A stretch of 60,420 bases of DNA, the filler included, from Platydemus manokwari (Eukaryota), in assembly GCA_037951405.1 (NCBI GenBank). It is 5 parts of 5 records of this genome, joined end to end, with 100 filler letters (N's around TTAATTAATTAA, not from the genome) between each part and the next. Parts side by side here need not be neighbours in the genome. Positions count along the whole stretch, not along the records: positions 47,961 to 60,420 come from JBBMOY010127788.1; 4 more parts are not named here. One strand, 5' to 3'. Positions 54,705 to 60,420 of the stretch are shown piece after piece. Positions within the stretch are counted from its first letter, which is position 1. Every line of letters starts with the position of its first letter. A program made the position numbers and the translations under genes. Under the pieces are notes generated by a model. That model was not told where the DNA came from, did no database searches, and was given only the letters and a program-made list of their open reading frames with translations.

Positions 54705-55923
54705 ATGAAACCTATTGGTTATATTTTCTTCCCGTTCCTATTCTTGACAATTGTTCTGTGGAATGTTAATCATAAATCTTTTAATTTTAATCAAGGGATA
54801 AGTATCAAAGAGCTGTTGTCAACTTCGGTTAATTTAGCAATACTTGCAGGTAAAGAGATTCTAAAAGAAAAAGCAAACCTGAAATACGATTTTAAAGTTT
54901 CTCATTTAAATTCACTAAGTTCAAAGATATTATTAAATGGATTAGTTAGAACATTTCCAATTATAAAAGTATGTGTTGGTTTACGAAATAATAATTACTT
55001 TCAAATTTTAATAGATCATATCCGAAGAAGATTTGAATTATTCTTTTAGTGATGATTTAATAATTTCAAATAAATACTACAGTGAAATTGATAATTTGGT
55101 GCATAATGATTTAGTGGTTTCGTTTGAAGATATTCTGGTGTGGATAAATCCATTGGATGGTGCTAATGATTACTCAGGTAAATAATAAATTGCTCGAAAA
55201 GATATATGTTATTTGAAAATTTTAAGTCTCTTAATTAAGTCACAGGACATTTTTAATATTCATTTTCGCAATAATGGTTTAATAAAGCGAATTTCATATA
55301 ATAATAATTTCTAGAGGGATTGAATTACGTAACAATATCTGTCTGTATAACATTCCAAGAACATCCAATAGCAACAGTTATACATCATCCTTTATCCAGT
55401 CAAACATGTTAGCAAAAATTTTGCAATGCTTTATTTCATTATTTTTGTCAGATTGGATATGGTTAGGATATTCTAAATCAAACAATTTGAAACCCAAATT
55501 CTATAATAAATTATTAGACCGACGAATATTAATCCCTAAATCGATTGGTAATTCTGAAATATACACACACATAAAAGATTTATTCAACGGCCGTACGGAA
55601 ATAATGCCTATTTCTGGAACAGGTAAGTTTTTGTACTTTTAAAAATATTAAAATTTTTCCAATAATTTACAGGATATAAAACCATGATGATGATGAATGG
55701 CAGTGCAGAATATTTCTATAGTCCAATACCGTTACACAAATGTAATGCTTGCATTGTGCATGTATTTATCTTGTATGTTCGAGGATTCATATTTTCTTGG
55801 TCGGGATTAACGTCAAAATCGATTATATTGAATCGAACTATTAGCAATTATAGAGAAGTATTTAATTATTCTCAAAAATCACCCAAATGGATTTTAAATT
55901 TGATGAGTGGAAAAATAACATAA
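54705..55923 (+). CDS. IMPAD1/BPNT2 (Golgi PAP phosphatase)-like protein with degenerate active site, 5 exons
   Basis: Exons 54705-54968, 55015-55177, 55315-55407, 55452-55622 and 55673-55923. N-terminal TM anchor, IISEE, VWINPLDGANDY, YVTISVCI...VIHHP, SGTGYK. Confidence 0.85.
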
Positions 55924-55937
55924 TTGAAAACATGAAT

Positions 55938-56958
55938 TTATTTTGTGGAATTCGTCATTTTTATTACCGAATCAATCATCAATCCAATTCCATTGAAAAT
56001 TTCAAATAGCGACGCTTTGTCACACATATATGCTGGAGTAGATACGATTAAATGTTTCTCATCAATATGAATTTCCTTATTAAATACAATTATAGTTTAG
56101 AATATTTTTATTTTAAAAGACTTACATTTGAATTTTTTTCAAAATGTCTTATACCAATATTTTTCAAATTTTCCACCATTTGTGCGTATGGCCATTTTCC
56201 ATTCTCTTCTTTCTCACCACCCAATGTAATTTCCACTTCAGGTATAACTCTAGATAAGATCGAAGGTGCAACACAACATACACTATTTTCGATACTATAT
56301 TCAATTTTATCAGAATATCAAGAATATCACCCAATCGGTTTTCCAAGATTATAAAAATTTCGAATACAATCTTCAATTTCATGGCGGACTTTAAATTCAG
56401 GACCTTTGAAAGCAAAATCTGAACTAAACTAACAATAAATTATGATCACTCGTTGGACATAGTTACAGTGTTTTTGCAACGCCAAATCCACCTGGGATAA
56501 CAAGAGCGTCAAAGTTCTCTGCTTTCAGATGTTCCAAAGAACTTATCTGGCCCCGAGCTATTCTAGCTGATTCAACTAAAACATTTCTATAAGAAGTAAT
56601 AATAAAAAATAATAACTATCATTTCTTTTACCGTTTCTCGTCCATTTCTTTTCCTGTTGTATGATTAATTACATGGAACTGGTTAATATCAGGAGCAAAT
56701 ATATATGCTTCAACAGAATTTCTACTTAAATGAACCATGCAGCTAAATATGATCATAAGATTATCTTGCATAATAATTATTACCTGGATGTCTCATGAAT
56801 CTCTGATCCGTCGTATACACCACAACCTGATAAAATCTTACATTGTTAAATTACGAAATCATTAAAATCATAATCCTTACAATTGCAACTTTTTTATTAA
56901 ATGATTTTTGGGAGAAATTATGATGGGTTTTAACGTTTTTAAACAGATATTTTAACAT
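55938..56958 (-). CDS. GATD3: ES1/GATD3 (DJ-1/PfpI superfamily) mitochondrial protein
   Basis: [46 protein letters not shown] and VSTPAYMC across short GT-AG introns. Confidence 0.95.
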
Positions 56959-57692
56959 TTCATAAATTGACTTAATAAAAGAATTGGTTAATTAAAATAA
57001 ATCTTTTCCTTTTTAAAAAGGATTTAAATGTTTTATGCAGCTTGAATTTAATTTTTTAATTTAAATTGTTATTTATTATGTCATATTATTATGATAATTT
57101 TTTTATATTATCATATTTTTTTCGGACATCTATGCTTGGTTTCAAGTATAATTCAAATATAAGCTTCCATTATAATCGTTGCACCTGTAAATTATTCTTA
57201 CGCTTAAATTCTTTAGTGGTTTTATGACTTTATCTTTGTATTTCTCGATTATCCTTTTGTCAATAATTTTTATGTTTCAGGTGCTTGAAACATTTTATAA
57301 CTGAAAGCTTGATTCATGATTTTGACTTTGAGCAATAGTCATTTATTGCTCACTAGCACTTATTTTTATGCAGAATTCATCATTAATTTAACTTTTTTGA
57401 GTAGTCACTAGATAAATCAGAATTACTTTAAAACACCTAGGCGCTCGCCAACAACAGGTAATAAACATTGAGATTGAAGAAAATGTGTTAATGGGGTGGT
57501 CTTCAGACGTTTCTAGTGAATGAAAAGCAAATTTATAATACTTTTAAATAAATTTTTTGAGCTTTAAAATATTCTTAATGTGAACATAAAATGAATACAA
57601 ATTCCATCTATTTATTTTAATGATATCCTTAATTTCTTTACACCTTAATTATCAAAATCGTGTTATAATAGATTTCATGAAGTTTATTAAAC

Positions 57693-58793
57693 TTATTCAT
57701 CTACGTTACCATCTGGATTTTCTACATCTGGTGTTGAATCTTCTATAGAAATAGTCATTCTCCCAGTCATTTTGTTTCTTAATTTCATTATTGGTCTTAC
57801 AATCTTTATTCTGGCTTTGATCTCACCTTCTTTAACATTTTTTTTTAAATAGACAATTGCGCCATTATTTCGAAATGCCCCGCAATAATTTGGTGCAGAA
57901 AATATGGTTAATAAGCGCCTCTCAGAAAAGAACTCATAACCATTTTCTATTAATTCATTACTTCGAATAATTTGTTGAAGTTTAAAACGATCACAAAAAT
58001 CTGAAACTACTTCAGGGCCATACAAGTATCCCAAACCCGTTGGATTCTGATCCCATAACTTTATTTCAGAATCAGGATCTGACCACAAAAAATGTGTGAC
58101 AAGTACATTTGATGACACCTCAGTGGGTCTTGGAATCACTTTCACCATGTATTCTTTTAGTGCTGTTTGAGTTGATATTGCAGAATAATGAATTCCTGGA
58201 GAGAGGCCACTATGAACACAAAATATTTTGTCTTCGATAAATGCTGCCACTGGCATATACTCGAACGTGCTTACAACCGCTTTCCACAATCGCCTACTAA
58301 ATCGTTTCGTGCATTCATCATAAAATCCAAAATGTCTTGAAACTTGTTCACACTCATGGTTGCCTCTTAAAAGATATATACTTTGGGGAAATCTCAATTT
58401 ATAAGCAAATAACAAAGTTATGGTTTCTACATTTCTATTGCCTCTGTCAACGTAATTACCAAGAAATAAGTAACGCCTAGTTGGGGGATGACCAAGTACA
58501 TTAAAAATTCTAAGTAAATCACCATATTGACCATAAATGTCTCCAAGTATATACAGTGGAGAGTCTAAATTAATATCAAGATACACAAATTCAGAACTGA
58601 AAACATCAGTCAATAATGTGCAAACGTTAGTGACTTCCAGTTCAGTTAACTGGGCATATTTTCCTTTTAAAACTTGGTAATCAATTAATCTGTTGATTAA
58701 CATTTCGCTTTTTCGAATAATCCTTTTCCGTACAACAGCAGAAAGCCCTGTTCTGGATGTACTGGAAACTTGAATTTCTCCTTCATTGCTCAT
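57693..58793 (-). CDS. Intronless, divergent PP1-like (PPP family) protein, probable pseudophosphatase, 366 aa
   Basis: GDIYGQ, GNYVDRG, LRGNHE, LWSDP and FSAPNYCG motifs in one uninterrupted ORF. Confidence 0.92.
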   Translation of the reverse strand: MSNEGEIQVSSTSRTGLSAVVRKRIIRKSEMLINRLIDYQVLKGKYAQLTELEVTNVCTLLTDVFSSEFVYLDINLDSPLYILGDIYGQYGDLLRIFNVLGHPPTRRYLFLGNYVDRGNRNVETITLLFAYKLRFPQSIYLLRGNHECEQVSRHFGFYDECTKRFSRRLWKAVVSTFEYMPVAAFIEDKIFCVHSGLSPGIHYSAISTQTALKEYMVKVIPRPTEVSSNVLVTHFLWSDPDSEIKLWDQNPTGLGYLYGPEVVSDFCDRFKLQQIIRSNELIENGYEFFSERRLLTIFSAPNYCGAFRNNGAIVYLKKNVKEGEIKARIKIVRPIMKLRNKMTGRMTISIEDSTPDVENPDGNVDE

Positions 58794-60420
58794 TGATTAA
58801 ATTATTAATAACAAATCGAAAATTAATAATTAAATAAAATTGTTTGGTTCTAGTATATAAAATAAATACAAATATATATATAAATATAAAAAATATAAAT
58901 ACAAATATAAAAATAATACAAAATCATTTTAAATAGTAAAAACATTAATATCTAACAATTGTTTTCGTTCTCCGTGGCACAAGCGCACAAATTACGAATG
59001 TTCTATTTTATGGAGTTTTAGAATATTGTACTTCAAAATGCATCAAATTATTTTGTATCCAATTTCAAAGTAGTCTAATTAGGAGTGTAGTTCAAATATT
59101 TATTTATACAAACTACTTGCTAACGCATATACAGTAATACACACTGATAAAAATCTACGAGGTGAAGATCCTCATAATTAAGACAAATATACCTAAAAGT
59201 GGATTAATTACTTTGGAAAAATAGCCATTTTGGATAATTTAATTATTTAAATTGATATAGAAAACAAAAGCAAAAATAAAATTGAAAAGAACAGAAATTT
59301 GATTTCAAAATCAAACATCCATTATTTATTTCAATATATTTCAAAATTGATAATTGTTCTATCCGTGTGACTCAGGTAAATATTTTAAAATAATAAAATC
59401 GATACCTATCTGGTACAAAATTTCAAATTTAAATTTAAATAAATATAACATATATACATAAAGCATATAACAATTGTTATGGTTATCTATTGTTATAACA
59501 ATGTTCTAAAAATCCAAGCTTAATTAGAATTTAAAAAAGTGATTATCGAGCGTGTATTTATTATCAAGAGACATTTTTTACAAATAAAGATCCAGGAACA
59601 AATTTTTGATACATTAATACACGTTAAACAGTTTATAAGCACTTCGGTATTCATCAGAATACTAAAAAATAATTTTTGTCCAAACCATTTTCATCAATAA
59701 GATAAATAACATTCACAAACTTATAAGTATTAATATTATATAAATAAGAATATATAATATTTATTTGTTTTTGATTTTCTCAATTTTTCATTTATATATA
59801 AAAATTTGCAGAACGGTTGATTCAATTAATTTAAAAAAAATATTATCAACTAAAATCTTTTTTACCATTAATTCTCTTGAGCTTTTTGTGTATTTGTACA
59901 TATGATTTCAACTCTATGAAACTCAGAGCAAAGACTTGTCAATTTACATATCAATTAGATATTCTTAGGCATAGTATAGTATTAACTGTGAAAATGTTGC
60001 TGGGCCTTAGCTGTACAATCAATTAACTCAAGAAACTAACTTATTGACTAATGAATAATTTAAGAAAAGATGATTTTATCACAGTAATATTATCTCTAAC
60101 ACAAATATTAGGAGGAATTCGATTCATTCTAACGAATATAATTTGAAAGATATGGTTATAATAATCTAAGCAAAGTAATTCTTAAATTAATTTTTATTTT
60201 ATGATCAAAATAAAGAGGTGAACAAATTGAAATTTATTTAATTAAATTATAAAAAATTCTTTCCCAATGGTTGTTCAATTTCGAAATTATTAATTCGTGG
60301 GTAAATTTAAATCGAATAAAAATCGAAAATTTTATTCAAACTCATTCATGAAATTTTTCACCAATTTTAGCTAATTTTAATAAGATTAAAAATGGATTTT
60401 AATTAATAAATATATATTCC

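Noticed and set aside
57495-57520. Minimal hammerhead (GAAACGT-CTGAAGA on the minus strand)
   Set aside because: The boxes are directly adjacent and lack the flanking helices.
58960-60170. Possible additional small exons near the window end
   Set aside because: I could not assemble a phase-consistent reading frame or recognise a product.

Overview
AT-rich, intron-containing animal DNA, not prokaryotic. A free-living flatworm such as a planarian is my inference, from 40-55 nt introns and a cecropia-type mariner end; the species is not proven. The window is five contigs joined by artificial 100-nt linkers (44N-TTAATTAATTAA-44N), so adjacency across 16822-16921, 26456-26555, 37484-37583 and 47861-47960 has no biological meaning. 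Contig A holds a decayed Ty3/gypsy element with ~106-bp AGT...ACT LTRs and a 5-bp TSD, a secreted Der p 7/TULIP-like gene, MITEs and 3' exons of VPS11. Contig B holds gypsy remnants and TRPC channel exons. Contig C holds a complete cathepsin L and the 3' end of a paralog, separated by an unexplained decayed, possibly virus-derived block with direct repeats and hairpins. Contig D holds a Mind bomb-like E3 ligase with a duplicated exon and a decayed Polinton/Maverick. Contig E is a very compact cluster: CHMP6, an unidentified gene, NDUFB11, DCAF13, an IMPAD1-like gene, GATD3 and a PP1-like gene. The best leads are two intact phosphatase genes that have lost metal-binding residues, and the virus-like block. 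I cannot claim a confirmed new biological system. All family assignments are by-eye motif recognition; no database search was run.
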